64,000 bases of DNA from an uncultured Pseudomonadales bacterium (GCA_964521215.1 CAZFRD010000003.1:425-64424); one strand, 5' to 3'. Positions 1 through 9,249 are shown, numbered from the stretch's first letter. The notes: generated from the sequence alone by a model not told the origin. Numbers and translations: made by a program.

Positions 1-27
1 AGTATCACTATTAACCAAAAACCCTCT

Positions 28-654
28 ATGCCATTAACACAAGAAACAGAATCAAATAAACGCCCTACAGTTAGACAATTATCGAACGCTTATCTTCAAC
101 TAGATTCAGTTATTCCAGGTAACGAACGTCCCTTTGATGGAAGATTAGCCGCACATAGTAAGTTAGTATCAGAATTAAAAATTACCTCTGGATTAGTTGA
201 ATGCCCAGAGAAGCCTTTCAATGAATGGAGTCCAGAGGATATTGAGACTTTTGTAAAATATTTAGAAAGTGATGTACTACCCCCGATGGAACTCGCAATT
301 GAAGTGATTCATCATTATCTAAAGGAAGATGGAATGCAGGATGAAAAAGCCTACAATGTTTACTCTAATTTGTTTTTCTTTTTTGACTTACTTAGATTAG
401 GTTACTTTAGCAGAATTAAAAAAGGTGAAACAAAAAGCTCGCTCATCGCTGATTGTGAAACTCTTGCAAAATTAATCGCAGCTTTTTGTACTAGTTTATA
501 TGGCATAAATGAAGAAATTATAAATTTAGGTGGCCATCAAACTGCGGGTCAATTTCCTCGAACAGTTTTACTAAGAATTAGCGAAGAGACAAGAAACTTT
601 CAGAAATCTCTCCAACTTTCTTTACTAACTCCAATTGAACCAACTATCACATAG
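28..654 (+). CDS. hypothetical protein (AT-rich orphan)
   Basis: 208 aa ATG ORF, predicted helical, no recognisable motif. Confidence 0.65.
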   Translation: MPLTQETESNKRPTVRQLSNAYLQLDSVIPGNERPFDGRLAAHSKLVSELKITSGLVECPEKPFNEWSPEDIETFVKYLESDVLPPMELAIEVIHHYLKEDGMQDEKAYNVYSNLFFFFDLLRLGYFSRIKKGETKSSLIADCETLAKLIAAFCTSLYGINEEIINLGGHQTAGQFPRTVLLRISEETRNFQKSLQLSLLTPIEPTIT

Positions 655-684
655 GCAGTAAAAACTAACAGGGACTCTAACAAT

Positions 685-1617
685 ATGCCACGATTTCCAG
701 ATAGAGCTGAATCACCTGAAAACAATCCCCCAAGAGAGTTTGAAGTCAATGAGGTTAGATTTAGAGAATACATTGAAGAAATCCTAAGAGAAGTAATGCC
801 TGGCTATATACTTCCCCTTAGAGGCAAAAAACCAGCTCAACCCGATCATCTTACTTACTCAAATCCCTACGTCGTAATTAACCAATGGGTTGGATTAAGA
901 GGTTTTGACACCAAACCTCCCAAAGGCTTGTTCGTAGATGGCTTAGCTATTTGGGACTGTATTAATGCAATAAAAACGAATGAGCTTACTGAAGATGTCC
1001 GACTCATAGCAGCAATCATGGCTTTAAATGACAAATTAACCTTACAATACCTTGAACTTGAAGAGGCTCATACAAACCCAATACGGCTTAAAGCTGCGAA
1101 ACAACAACTGCTTAGAAGTTGCTACTTGCTAGAAAAATTACTTACCCCAGATGGTCAAAAGAGTGTTGACCAATTCTTCTCTTCTAATAATAGAATAAGT
1201 CCAACGCTAACGTTTCAAGAATTGGGACTTTTCTTTGAGCTTCACCTTGTTGATTTAACAACTCCGGAAAATATTTATTTAGAAGCTCCCATTGATTTTC
1301 CATCTCCTTCTATAAAAAGGGATGGACCTAACCCCTCAAGCCTTGAGTATTTTACCAATGAATTTGACCAGAATTTTTTTAATCTAATGATAAAAATACT
1401 CAAACATCTTTTGTTTTCATTCCTGTTACCGGGAAATATCAGGTTAACTGATGTAGAAATTCAAGATTTGTGTAAAACTATGCTTAGTCATCTTGACCAA
1501 GAGACACAATTCCTTATATCAAATATAATCGTTAGGGTAGTCTCAAACCCTCAACTTACTACAATCTTTGCTCCTGGGTCAATTAAAGTAGTTGCCGCAG
1601 AAACATTTAGATCCTAA
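685..1617 (+). CDS. hypothetical protein (AT-rich orphan)
   Basis: 310 aa ORF, Pro/Glu-rich N-terminus, no recognisable motif. Confidence 0.7.
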   Translation: MPRFPDRAESPENNPPREFEVNEVRFREYIEEILREVMPGYILPLRGKKPAQPDHLTYSNPYVVINQWVGLRGFDTKPPKGLFVDGLAIWDCINAIKTNELTEDVRLIAAIMALNDKLTLQYLELEEAHTNPIRLKAAKQQLLRSCYLLEKLLTPDGQKSVDQFFSSNNRISPTLTFQELGLFFELHLVDLTTPENIYLEAPIDFPSPSIKRDGPNPSSLEYFTNEFDQNFFNLMIKILKHLLFSFLLPGNIRLTDVEIQDLCKTMLSHLDQETQFLISNIIVRVVSNPQLTTIFAPGSIKVVAAETFRS

Positions 1618-1618
1618 T

Positions 1619-2602
1619 CTATACGACCTTTAAACAATTATTCTCCGTTTTTTTCCACCACGTCATTTGTCTTTTTGCATACTGGAATTCGTGAAGGGCC
1701 CAAAGTTGTTGACAGTTTTCTGCAGAAATTTCTCCATTTAGATAACTGCGAATTTCTGGCACGCCAAGCGTTGTTAGTACTGGGGCTGATGCTGGTAATT
1801 TAAGTTTGAGTAGATTTTTTACCTCTTGTATTGCGCCGCTGGCAAACCGTTTTTCTACTCGTTGTTTAATTCGCTTTTCTATTAGCTCCAGCGGCGCTGT
1901 GACTAATTCCACGTGATTATCAACTTGGCTCCACAGCATCGGCGAATTGGTTGATTTAGTCAGTGAGCCACTTCCATGTTTTTTTTGCCAAGTTGCCACC
2001 TCAATAGCACGAAGCAACCTTCGAGAATTCTCTCTGTCCGAATCATTCATCTGCTCCAACCGAGCTGAATCGATCTCTGCTAACCATCGTTGTAAATCCG
2101 CTACCGACATGTTTTCCGCCTTGCGTCTCATAGTTAAGTCTTGAGGAATTTGGGGTGTTACGTCATCAGAAAATAAATGTTTGTGATACAGCCCTGTGCC
2201 TCCTACCAGCATTGGTTGACGATTATTCGACCAGCTCCACTGCATAATTTCTCTTGCAAAGTTGACAAAATGAGCGAGAGACCACTCTGCAGTTGGATCG
2301 ATCATCGAAATTCCAAAGATTCGAATAGAGCCGTCTATATTTGTGAAGTAGTTAGGGTTGCTCTGAGGGGTGTCACACTGAGCATGTCGAAGTGTGACAA
2401 CCTCAAACCCCTCCGGCACATCCGCACCCGTCAAAATCTCCAATCCCTTATACACTTGCCTGGAGTCGGCACTGATCACATCCACCCCCGCCACTTTTTT
2501 CTCTCTCACCAATTGGCCAGCAATCGCCAAAGCTCTATCCGTCTTACCACAGGCGGTGGGACCAACAACAGAAATGCAGTGATTCGCTTGATCAATTTTC
2601 AT
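1619..2602 (-). CDS. miaA: tRNA dimethylallyltransferase
   Basis: GPTACGKT P-loop, ISADSRQVY, VGGTGLY, RRLLRAIEV and QYAKRQMTW motifs. Confidence 0.95.
   Translation of the reverse strand: MKIDQANHCISVVGPTACGKTDRALAIAGQLVREKKVAGVDVISADSRQVYKGLEILTGADVPEGFEVVTLRHAQCDTPQSNPNYFTNIDGSIRIFGISMIDPTAEWSLAHFVNFAREIMQWSWSNNRQPMLVGGTGLYHKHLFSDDVTPQIPQDLTMRRKAENMSVADLQRWLAEIDSARLEQMNDSDRENSRRLLRAIEVATWQKKHGSGSLTKSTNSPMLWSQVDNHVELVTAPLELIEKRIKQRVEKRFASGAIQEVKNLLKLKLPASAPVLTTLGVPEIRSYLNGEISAENCQQLWALHEFQYAKRQMTWWKKTENNCLKVV
2364..2405. repeat. REP-like palindromic repeat inside miaA
   Basis: TGTCACAC-TGAGCATGTCGAA-GTGTGACA; same unit type as the copies at 4748-4808 and 54345-54377. Confidence 0.85.
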
Positions 2603-3015
2603 ATCTCAACCACCTGGAATGCCTTTTTTTTCGAGAGCAACATGTCCAAACCAGCTTTGTGTCCCAGTAAAATATCCTCAGGCAAATTTTCGAGTGAAAA
2701 CCATACCCAATTTTCAGACTTTTCAGGTTCAAGATTAGTAATCTGGCCTTTCCACTCAGTACATACAAACACAAACTGCAAGAAAAAGTGGGTTTTTTGC
2801 CACTCTTTAACCAAACCTAAGAATTGAAATTGTACCGGCACCACCCCAACTTCCTCTAAAAGTTCTCGAGTCATACAGTGTTCTAGTATTTCTTGTTCGT
2901 CAACATGTCCTCCGGGTAATCCGTACAGTCCTTCACCGTAGGCATGCTTGCGTTTGGCTAATAATACTTTGTTATCTTTTAGCAATATTACTGGGACTCC
3001 AAGATTTTTTATCAT
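2599..3015 (-). CDS. NUDIX hydrolase (MutT/NUDT15-like)
   Basis: Nudix box GGHVDEQEILEHCMTRELLEEVGV and NLEPEK.ENWVWF motif. Confidence 0.9.
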   Translation of the reverse strand: MIKNLGVPVILLKDNKVLLAKRKHAYGEGLYGLPGGHVDEQEILEHCMTRELLEEVGVVPVQFQFLGLVKEWQKTHFFLQFVFVCTEWKGQITNLEPEKSENWVWFSLENLPEDILLGHKAGLDMLLSKKKAFQVVEI

Positions 3016-3102
3016 GCCTGATATTATAATGCGAAATAAAACACTAATATACTCAAGCGCCTTCGAATGTGTTAGTTCTTTGTTATGTTATGATAGCTTT
3101 AT

Positions 3103-3495
3103 ATGGCCAAAACACCAGAAATAGTTCAACCACTTCAACTTCCCGATGAATTTCTCAAAGAATTTAAAACATTCGCATCAGAAATTCGTAATAATCTAAC
3201 TCATTTAATTGTTACGCTAGCTGATGTAGAAAGCTACCAACTACCAGTTGATGCAAAAGACAAAATATTGCCATCAAGTATCGAAGCAGACAAGAAAAAT
3301 CTAGAGCAACTTGCAGCTCTTGTCATTAATCTTGCGAAACAGCAACTCGATAATAACTACGCTGTTGAAATGGGCGAGTTGCTTAAAGAATTCATCAAAA
3401 CACAGGGACTTATGACAAATCAAGAAGCCGAACTAATTTTACTGTACTATCACGAGATAGCGGGGTTAAATGCTCTATTTAAAAATCAAGAATAA
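3103..3495 (+). CDS. hypothetical helical protein (AT-rich orphan)
   Basis: 130 aa ORF with a TATGAT box just upstream of the ATG. Confidence 0.65.
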   Translation: MAKTPEIVQPLQLPDEFLKEFKTFASEIRNNLTHLIVTLADVESYQLPVDAKDKILPSSIEADKKNLEQLAALVINLAKQQLDNNYAVEMGELLKEFIKTQGLMTNQEAELILLYYHEIAGLNALFKNQE

Positions 3496-4647
3496 TCAGA
3501 TAACCTTAGGTCTTCTCTTTAAATTGTCTTTATTGATCATCTGATCTAAAATTTCCCACCGGCGTTTTTTTTCTTTGTGAGGAATATCGTCTGGATAGAT
3601 CCGCCAACTAGCAGTACCAGGGCGAGGAGAGTACATCGCCACAAAACCTACATGCCAATCCATCTGCTTGGCCAGTTCCAGTGTTTCTTGAAATTCCTCT
3701 TCTGTTTCGCCGGCAAAACCAACGACAATATCAGTGCCGATAACAATATTCGGATCAGCCGATCTCAGTTTATTCACAACTTCAATATAAGTTTCTCTGG
3801 TGTAACCCCGGTTCATCCGATACAAAACAGCGTTGCTTCCAGACTGAACTGGTAAATGCACATAGCGATCAATTTTCTGATTCTTGCCAATTTCTGCAAT
3901 CAACTCATCATGAAAATCCCAAGGATTACTCGTCATAAACCGAATAGTTTTAACTTCGTCAAAGGCCGAAATCGCTTGGAGTAATTTCACAAACGGCGGC
4001 GTTTCGGTCGGCTTAAGATACTGCGACTGATTCTCCGGCAAATCTTCTCGATTAAAATCTGCCTTTTCCAACATCAACTTGCGAAAGCCAATCCCCACTT
4101 TTTCCAACCCCCAGGAATTCACATTCATACCCAACAAAGTAATTTCTTCGTAGCCCTGATCAACCAGCCTCTTTACTTCCTCCATAATGCTGGCAAATGG
4201 CCGAGACTGCTCTCTACCTCTGGAATAGGGGACGATGCAGTAGGTACAAAAAGAGTTGCAGCCAGTCGAGATGGGAATCCAAGCGTGCTTAGTATCTTTC
4301 CTTACAGCTGCTTGATTAAAACCAACCTCGTTAATCGGTAAAATTTCATCAATAATCGGCATCATGGTATACAATTTTTCATTGCCATGATGCACCATAC
4401 AACCGGTTAGAATTATCTTCGGTCGCTGTCTACCTTGTTCATTAAAATACACTGCCACCGTGTGCAAAAAACCTCTGGCACGATCTTCTGCCGACTGTCT
4501 GACAGCACAAGTGTTGATCACTAGTTCATCACAGGTTTGCCAATCGCTGGCTTCTGAATAACCACGAGCCTGATAATCACCAGCAATCCGCTCGCTATCG
4601 GACTTGTTGGACTGGCAACCAAAAGTATGAATAAAATATGTTGGCAT
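3496..4647 (-). CDS. miaB: tRNA methylthiotransferase (radical SAM), no TRAM domain
   Basis: TFGCQSN and NTCAVRQSAE (UPF0004 domain), GCNSFCTYC radical-SAM motif, HLPVQSGS, TDIVVGF, YSPRPGT; start placed at ATG 4647 (ORF track gives 4665). Confidence 0.88.
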   Translation of the reverse strand: MPTYFIHTFGCQSNKSDSERIAGDYQARGYSEASDWQTCDELVINTCAVRQSAEDRARGFLHTVAVYFNEQGRQRPKIILTGCMVHHGNEKLYTMMPIIDEILPINEVGFNQAAVRKDTKHAWIPISTGCNSFCTYCIVPYSRGREQSRPFASIMEEVKRLVDQGYEEITLLGMNVNSWGLEKVGIGFRKLMLEKADFNREDLPENQSQYLKPTETPPFVKLLQAISAFDEVKTIRFMTSNPWDFHDELIAEIGKNQKIDRYVHLPVQSGSNAVLYRMNRGYTRETYIEVVNKLRSADPNIVIGTDIVVGFAGETEEEFQETLELAKQMDWHVGFVAMYSPRPGTASWRIYPDDIPHKEKKRRWEILDQMINKDNLKRRPKVI

Positions 4648-4669
4648 GAAGGGATAGTGTAACACTAAC

Positions 4670-4808
4670 CCAATGTCTGCTTCGACACGCTTCGATAAAC
4701 TCAGCGTGACATCAGCATGACATTGGTTTAGTCATTTTGAGTAAGACGGGTTGTCACACTGAGCAGTATCCCTGAGTTCATCGAGGGGTTGTCGAAGTGC
4801 GACAACCC
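4670..4808. repeat. cluster of two nested REP-like palindromes
   Basis: Outer arms at 4670-4726 and 4748-4808, each with a second stem-TGA..TCGA-stem unit in its loop. Confidence 0.85.
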
Positions 4809-5452
4809 CTTAACCAAGAATAAATTTCAAGCAATCCAACCACTAGTAATAACAATGCCGCAGGTTTCGACTGCATGGCCACATGAGCAAAGATCAACCA
4901 AAGAGCAACGTAGGTCAGTCGTTGTAAAACTTTCCAAGATTTACCAAGCTTTTTCATCGATAGATCATTTGAAGTTAACCAAACTGGCAAGAGTAACAAC
5001 CAAGCGATTAGGGCAACTTGTTCAAACAAACGGAAGGGAGTGGGGAAGACAACAGTACCAGTTGAAACTAATTGAATTGCGATATACGGCAAAGTACTAG
5101 AGAAGCTCATGTGCACAAACGCCGTGGTAAACATCAGAATACCCAAGTGACGACGAAAGGGGGTAATCAGGGTGGCAATGGGTAAAGTTACCAGAGGCAC
5201 TATTTTTAAACGCTTCAAGATACCGGGAAGTAAAGTCAGACAAAATAAAAGTAGTGCTGTAGTACCCAGTTTTCTCCCGATGTTCAGCACCACAAATACT
5301 TGCTGAGGACTTAATATTGCAGTCAAGAGAGCCAAAAGCCAGATCAGCACCAAAAAAATTTCGATAATAAACAAACCAGTATTAATCTGCCTTTGGCGAG
5401 GAATTAGTTGTTTTTGGACAAATAGTAGCAAATCGCTTAAGTTTTTTTGCAT
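4778..5452 (-). CDS. ferric reductase-like transmembrane protein (MsrQ/YedZ family)
   Basis: RRHLGI, LTSN..SMKKLGKSWKVLQRLTY and heme-ligand His positions; 5-6 hydrophobic segments. Confidence 0.85.
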   Translation of the reverse strand: MQKNLSDLLLFVQKQLIPRQRQINTGLFIIEIFLVLIWLLALLTAILSPQQVFVVLNIGRKLGTTALLLFCLTLLPGILKRLKIVPLVTLPIATLITPFRRHLGILMFTTAFVHMSFSSTLPYIAIQLVSTGTVVFPTPFRLFEQVALIAWLLLLPVWLTSNDLSMKKLGKSWKVLQRLTYVALWLIFAHVAMQSKPAALLLLVVGLLEIYSWLRGCRTSTTPR

Positions 5453-5453
5453 A

Positions 5454-5798
5454 CTAAGCCCTCTTTTGTTGAGCCATCAGAGCAAATGGTAAAAAATACC
5501 TCCTCATACTTTCGGCGGTAGATCGGTATTCATTGTCAAAAACAAAATAGTCAAACCAACACTCTTTCAGTCTCACCAGCTCTCGCAACCGATTGCTATT
5601 GCGCAACTGAGCCATAATGGTGAGTTGAAGTAATTCCACCGAACGAATAAAAGCACGCTCGGCTAACAAATCTTGGTGTTTCTCCCGCCAATGCAAACTG
5701 CGCTCAACTTCGCCACCAATGTGACCCATTTGTTCTGCAAATGAACGATGTTTCCAAGAACCAGATGCCTGATTGGAATGCTGCATAATTTCATTCAA
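5454..5798 (-). CDS. conserved hypothetical helical protein
   Basis: EQMGHIGGEVER motif; overlaps the upstream DUF5674-like gene, suggesting coupling. Confidence 0.7.
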   Translation of the reverse strand: MNEIMQHSNQASGSWKHRSFAEQMGHIGGEVERSLHWREKHQDLLAERAFIRSVELLQLTIMAQLRNSNRLRELVRLKECWFDYFVFDNEYRSTAESMRRYFLPFALMAQQKRA

Positions 5799-6138
5799 TA
5801 ACCATCTTCTCGATAATTTCCCTAATTTTCTTTTGCACGAGAGGGTTTTCTACGCCTCTCGATTTATTTCCTCCAGAGGGACGAAGATTAATCATTGAGT
5901 CATATTCAAGCCAATCTGTTGTCCCATGAAGCGAAGGGTACAAATTAATTCCCCACAAGTCAGCTTGTTTTGAACCTTTTTCGAGTAAAACTTGCTCTTC
6001 ATCAGCATGAAGTTCACCATTGATGGCAAGAATCTGTTTTTCCACGTCGATCACTGCCTTGACCATATCACCAAAAACTTCTTCGGCCTCCTGCCTGAGC
6101 TCAGCCAGAGTAATCGGGTTTCTGATGATCCTGATCAT
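5791..6138 (-). CDS. DUF5674 family protein
   Basis: MVKAVIDV, ELHADEEQVLLEKGSKQADLWGINLYP and DSMINLRP..GNKSRGV motifs. Confidence 0.8.
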   Translation of the reverse strand: MIRIIRNPITLAELRQEAEEVFGDMVKAVIDVEKQILAINGELHADEEQVLLEKGSKQADLWGINLYPSLHGTTDWLEYDSMINLRPSGGNKSRGVENPLVQKKIREIIEKMVIE

Positions 6139-6163
6139 AAAAATGAGTATAGCATGGTCACTA

Positions 6164-6994
6164 CTAGAGAGTTTTTAGCTCAAACTCGGTGCCACCGGCG
6201 GGATAATCAAAGCGCACAGCGGCGGTTTTTTCGCTCATGTGATGAACTCGTAAAAAGAGTTCGACAAACGGGTTGTCGTACCCGCTAGAACCAGCATTGA
6301 CTGCCAAGACGCCTCGATCCACCGTGAATCCACCCGTAGCGACAACCCCCAACATGCTGACGCCATTACAGATCACTTGCACACTTTGACCAACCGTGAA
6401 ACCGCGTTTATCCAGATCTGATTTACGCATGGTGGTTTTAATATTGCCAAACCCATCGGTCCAAGCAATTAAATTGGATGGAATGTTGGGAATATCGGCC
6501 ACTGATAATTCTTTAGTTAAAATTGAGCGATCGCCGTTGAGCAAGCGAGCCACTCTTTCAGGAAAAAAATCACGAGAGCGAAATTGAGAGCCCTTATCTG
6601 GGCAATCAATTTCGCGAAACTCAACAATTTCAGATTTAACAAAACCAAAAGCAAATTCGCTCCAAACATTGATAATCTCAACCCCATTTTTTAAGCGGGC
6701 ATATTTAATACCATGATCAATGTTTGATTTAACCGCCCGAGCGGTATCTCTCCTTGGGGCGGCGTTGCCATAAATCACCATCTTGCCTTGGTTGGGTGCA
6801 AAGGCGTACTGGGCAGTGACGAAGCCAACCGCCATGGTATCTAGCGATGGTACTTCGGTGGGGTGGATCCGCACGCCGTGCGGATCCAGCAGATGATATT
6901 GAAGTCTGTTGGTAATTTCTCCAAACTCCATACCGCCCGCTTTATAGTCGCAGATAACATGTAATAGGGTGGGGGACTGAGCTATTTTTTTCAT
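6164..6994 (-). CDS. SAM hydroxide adenosyltransferase / chlorinase-fluorinase (DUF62) family protein
   Basis: QFRSRDFFP, WTDGFGNIKT and NAGSSG..FVELF motifs. Confidence 0.75.
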   Translation of the reverse strand: MKKIAQSPTLLHVICDYKAGGMEFGEITNRLQYHLLDPHGVRIHPTEVPSLDTMAVGFVTAQYAFAPNQGKMVIYGNAAPRRDTARAVKSNIDHGIKYARLKNGVEIINVWSEFAFGFVKSEIVEFREIDCPDKGSQFRSRDFFPERVARLLNGDRSILTKELSVADIPNIPSNLIAWTDGFGNIKTTMRKSDLDKRGFTVGQSVQVICNGVSMLGVVATGGFTVDRGVLAVNAGSSGYDNPFVELFLRVHHMSEKTAAVRFDYPAGGTEFELKTL

Positions 6995-6997
6995 AAG

Positions 6998-7072
6998 AGG
7001 CGCGGGCGGGATTTGAACCCGCGAATCGAAGGTTTTGCAGACCTCGCCATTGGACCACTCTGGTACCGCGCC
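6998..7072 (-). tRNA. tRNA-Cys(GCA), CCA not encoded
   Basis: Cloverleaf GGCGCGG..CCGCGCC, anticodon loop CT-GCA-AA, T-loop GGTTCAAATCC, U discriminator. Confidence 0.95.
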
Positions 7073-7131
7073 GACTGGCTAGTTGATTATAACCGATAGC
7101 CACTGTCGGTATAGCGTATAATACCTAACTT

Positions 7132-8061
7132 ATGCCAAAAACCAAAAACACATCCACAAATAGTCCCACGCAACCACCATTAATTATTGGCAACACAATT
7201 TTGACCATCACTCTGCCTTGGATTCAAGTTGCGCCGGAGTATCAAAAAGTCATCAAGCGCATGGCTAAACAACTCAACCTCGCAGGCTTTCGTAAGGGTA
7301 TGGTCCCGCCTCATATCGCTGAAGAACAACTCAGGCCAGAGTCAATTGTCGAGTCTGTTTTACAAATATTACTACCCAAAGCCTACCAATATTTGCTAGA
7401 AAAAGAACAGAAACACCCGATTAGTGATCCAGAATTTGATCCCAAAGCAGTCACTAAGGGCTCCGACTGGTTAATAGAGGTACACTTAGCAGAAAAACCA
7501 GTGGTAGACGTGGCTAACTACGTCAAAATCGCCAAGGAGGCAAAAAAAGCTGCGCTGGTGCATCTCAAAGAGGAAGCCAAGCAAAAAGATGCTACCAAAC
7601 AAACCAAAGTTCCTCACGATGCTACTCACCAACAAAAGCACGATGATGACCATATTTTGCAACATATTTTTCAAGATCTAGTGAAAACCTGCAAACCTCA
7701 ATTGCCAGAATTACTCGTCAAACAACAAACTCGACGTGAATTGGAAAGGTTGGTCAAAGAACTCCAATCAATGAAGCTGACACTGGATGATTTTCTCCAA
7801 AGAAACAATCAGACCTTTGAACAATTATCTAGCCACGTAGCTTCTAGAGCGGTGGGGCAATTACAACTCGAGTTTATTCTTCAGGCTATTACTCAAAAAG
7901 CGACCATTACTGTGACGGACTCGGAAATTGACGAACTAATTAAGCTGACTCCAGATGAAAAAACTCGTGAAAACCAACTCAAGGACCCAAATTACCGGGA
8001 CGCGGGCAGAGAACACCTGACGAGAAAGAAATTATTTACTCATTTGCTCGCAGTGGCTTAA
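7132..8061 (+). CDS. tig: trigger factor lacking the FKBP PPIase domain
   Basis: GFRKGMVP ribosome-binding motif and C-terminal chaperone domain; only 309 aa. Confidence 0.88.
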   Translation: MPKTKNTSTNSPTQPPLIIGNTILTITLPWIQVAPEYQKVIKRMAKQLNLAGFRKGMVPPHIAEEQLRPESIVESVLQILLPKAYQYLLEKEQKHPISDPEFDPKAVTKGSDWLIEVHLAEKPVVDVANYVKIAKEAKKAALVHLKEEAKQKDATKQTKVPHDATHQQKHDDDHILQHIFQDLVKTCKPQLPELLVKQQTRRELERLVKELQSMKLTLDDFLQRNNQTFEQLSSHVASRAVGQLQLEFILQAITQKATITVTDSEIDELIKLTPDEKTRENQLKDPNYRDAGREHLTRKKLFTHLLAVA

Positions 8062-8185
8062 ATTGAAAGCCTCAAATTCAGCTTGATTATGAATTACTTG
8101 TGGGTATAATCTGCTTAGTCAAGTTGGGCTGTTGACTTTTTGTATTTTAGACCTATAATTAACTGGTATAAAGTAGACAGAAACT

Positions 8186-8848
8186 ATGCAATCTCAGACA
8201 AACAGAGGAAGTTCCACTGGCAAAAATGCCTCTGTGGCGTCGCAAAATCCATTTGCTCGAGCTCTGGCAGAAGCAGAGAAGCAAGCTTCGGAAAATAATG
8301 GGCAAACCAAAGGCAATCTAGAACCAGGTTTTCCTAGCTTAGATAACTTCGGTAACTTGGGTCAGTTTGGTGGCAATCAGCTCAACCAAGAGCAACTGTT
8401 GCTCGAACAACAGGAAAAAGCCAAAAAAGAGCGACTTCGCCGCCATTTACACGAACAAATCAACCCGGTTGATACCACCAAAGTCTTTGATGCGCGTCAA
8501 AAACAAGTCAAAGAAGAAATTGACAAGTTGCGAATTGAGCTGAAGGCTTTATCCATGGAAGTTGCGGCCTTTCATAAAGAAATTGAAATTACTTTAATGA
8601 CGGAAGTCGGCTCACAGCCAGGAATGGAAGGCAAATATTATCTCAACTTTTTCCAACAATTGCGCGCTTTTATCATGTTACTTCGGCAAAAAATCCGCAG
8701 TGCTCGTACCTGGGCCAGCACGGCCGGTCAAAAGAAGAAAAAGAAAATGGTCGCTGCCGGCATCATGATTGATGGCTCAGCTCACGAACAGACTAAGAGT
8801 GTTTACGACATGATGCACCATGAACGCAGTAATGCCTATGGTGGATAA
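8186..8848 (+). CDS. DUF5660-like coiled-coil protein
   Basis: G.YYLNFFQQLR..I..LRQKI.SAR.W motif, as recalled for CPR proteins. Confidence 0.65.
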   Translation: MQSQTNRGSSTGKNASVASQNPFARALAEAEKQASENNGQTKGNLEPGFPSLDNFGNLGQFGGNQLNQEQLLLEQQEKAKKERLRRHLHEQINPVDTTKVFDARQKQVKEEIDKLRIELKALSMEVAAFHKEIEITLMTEVGSQPGMEGKYYLNFFQQLRAFIMLLRQKIRSARTWASTAGQKKKKKMVAAGIMIDGSAHEQTKSVYDMMHHERSNAYGG

Positions 8849-8906
8849 ACCAATCGTTTCGTGCAGTGAAGTATTTTTTAACAACACGACTACTTAGTTT
8901 TATTTG

Positions 8907-8971
8907 ATAGTTTAGTGTAAAGCATGACTCCAGACGGGGCTATGGTTTACACTAAACTATGTTTTTCTTTT
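8907..8971 (+). terminator. long hairpin, probable intrinsic terminator between convergent genes
   Basis: 15 bp perfect inverted repeat ATAGTTTAGTGTAAA/TTTACACTAAACTAT followed by GTTTTTCTTTT. Confidence 0.6.
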
Positions 8972-9042
8972 GTGTAGTGTGATCTCAAACCTTATGCTTT
9001 AGTGAGTAAATTTAAAAATAGAAAAGTTTGATACAAAAATAA

Positions 9043-9249
9043 CTATATTCTGACAATACTGTCTCTTCTAATCTTTAACTGATCTAGCGAATGGTCAATC
9101 TCTGTTAGTCTCTCTACTAGGGGTTTTAGATTATCAGCTTCAGTTGTCGCATCCCATTCCATTTTGATCCTAGCTTTTTCAGCTTCAAATGCATCAATCT
9201 GATTTTGGAAATCCGCTAACTTTTGCTCAACGGTTTGCCGCTCTGCCAT
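9043..9249 (-). CDS. small coiled-coil hypothetical protein
   Basis: 68 aa ATG ORF with a heptad pattern, directly downstream of tRNA-Val. Confidence 0.55.
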   Translation of the reverse strand: MAERQTVEQKLADFQNQIDAFEAEKARIKMEWDATTEADNLKPLVERLTEIDHSLDQLKIRRDSIVRI

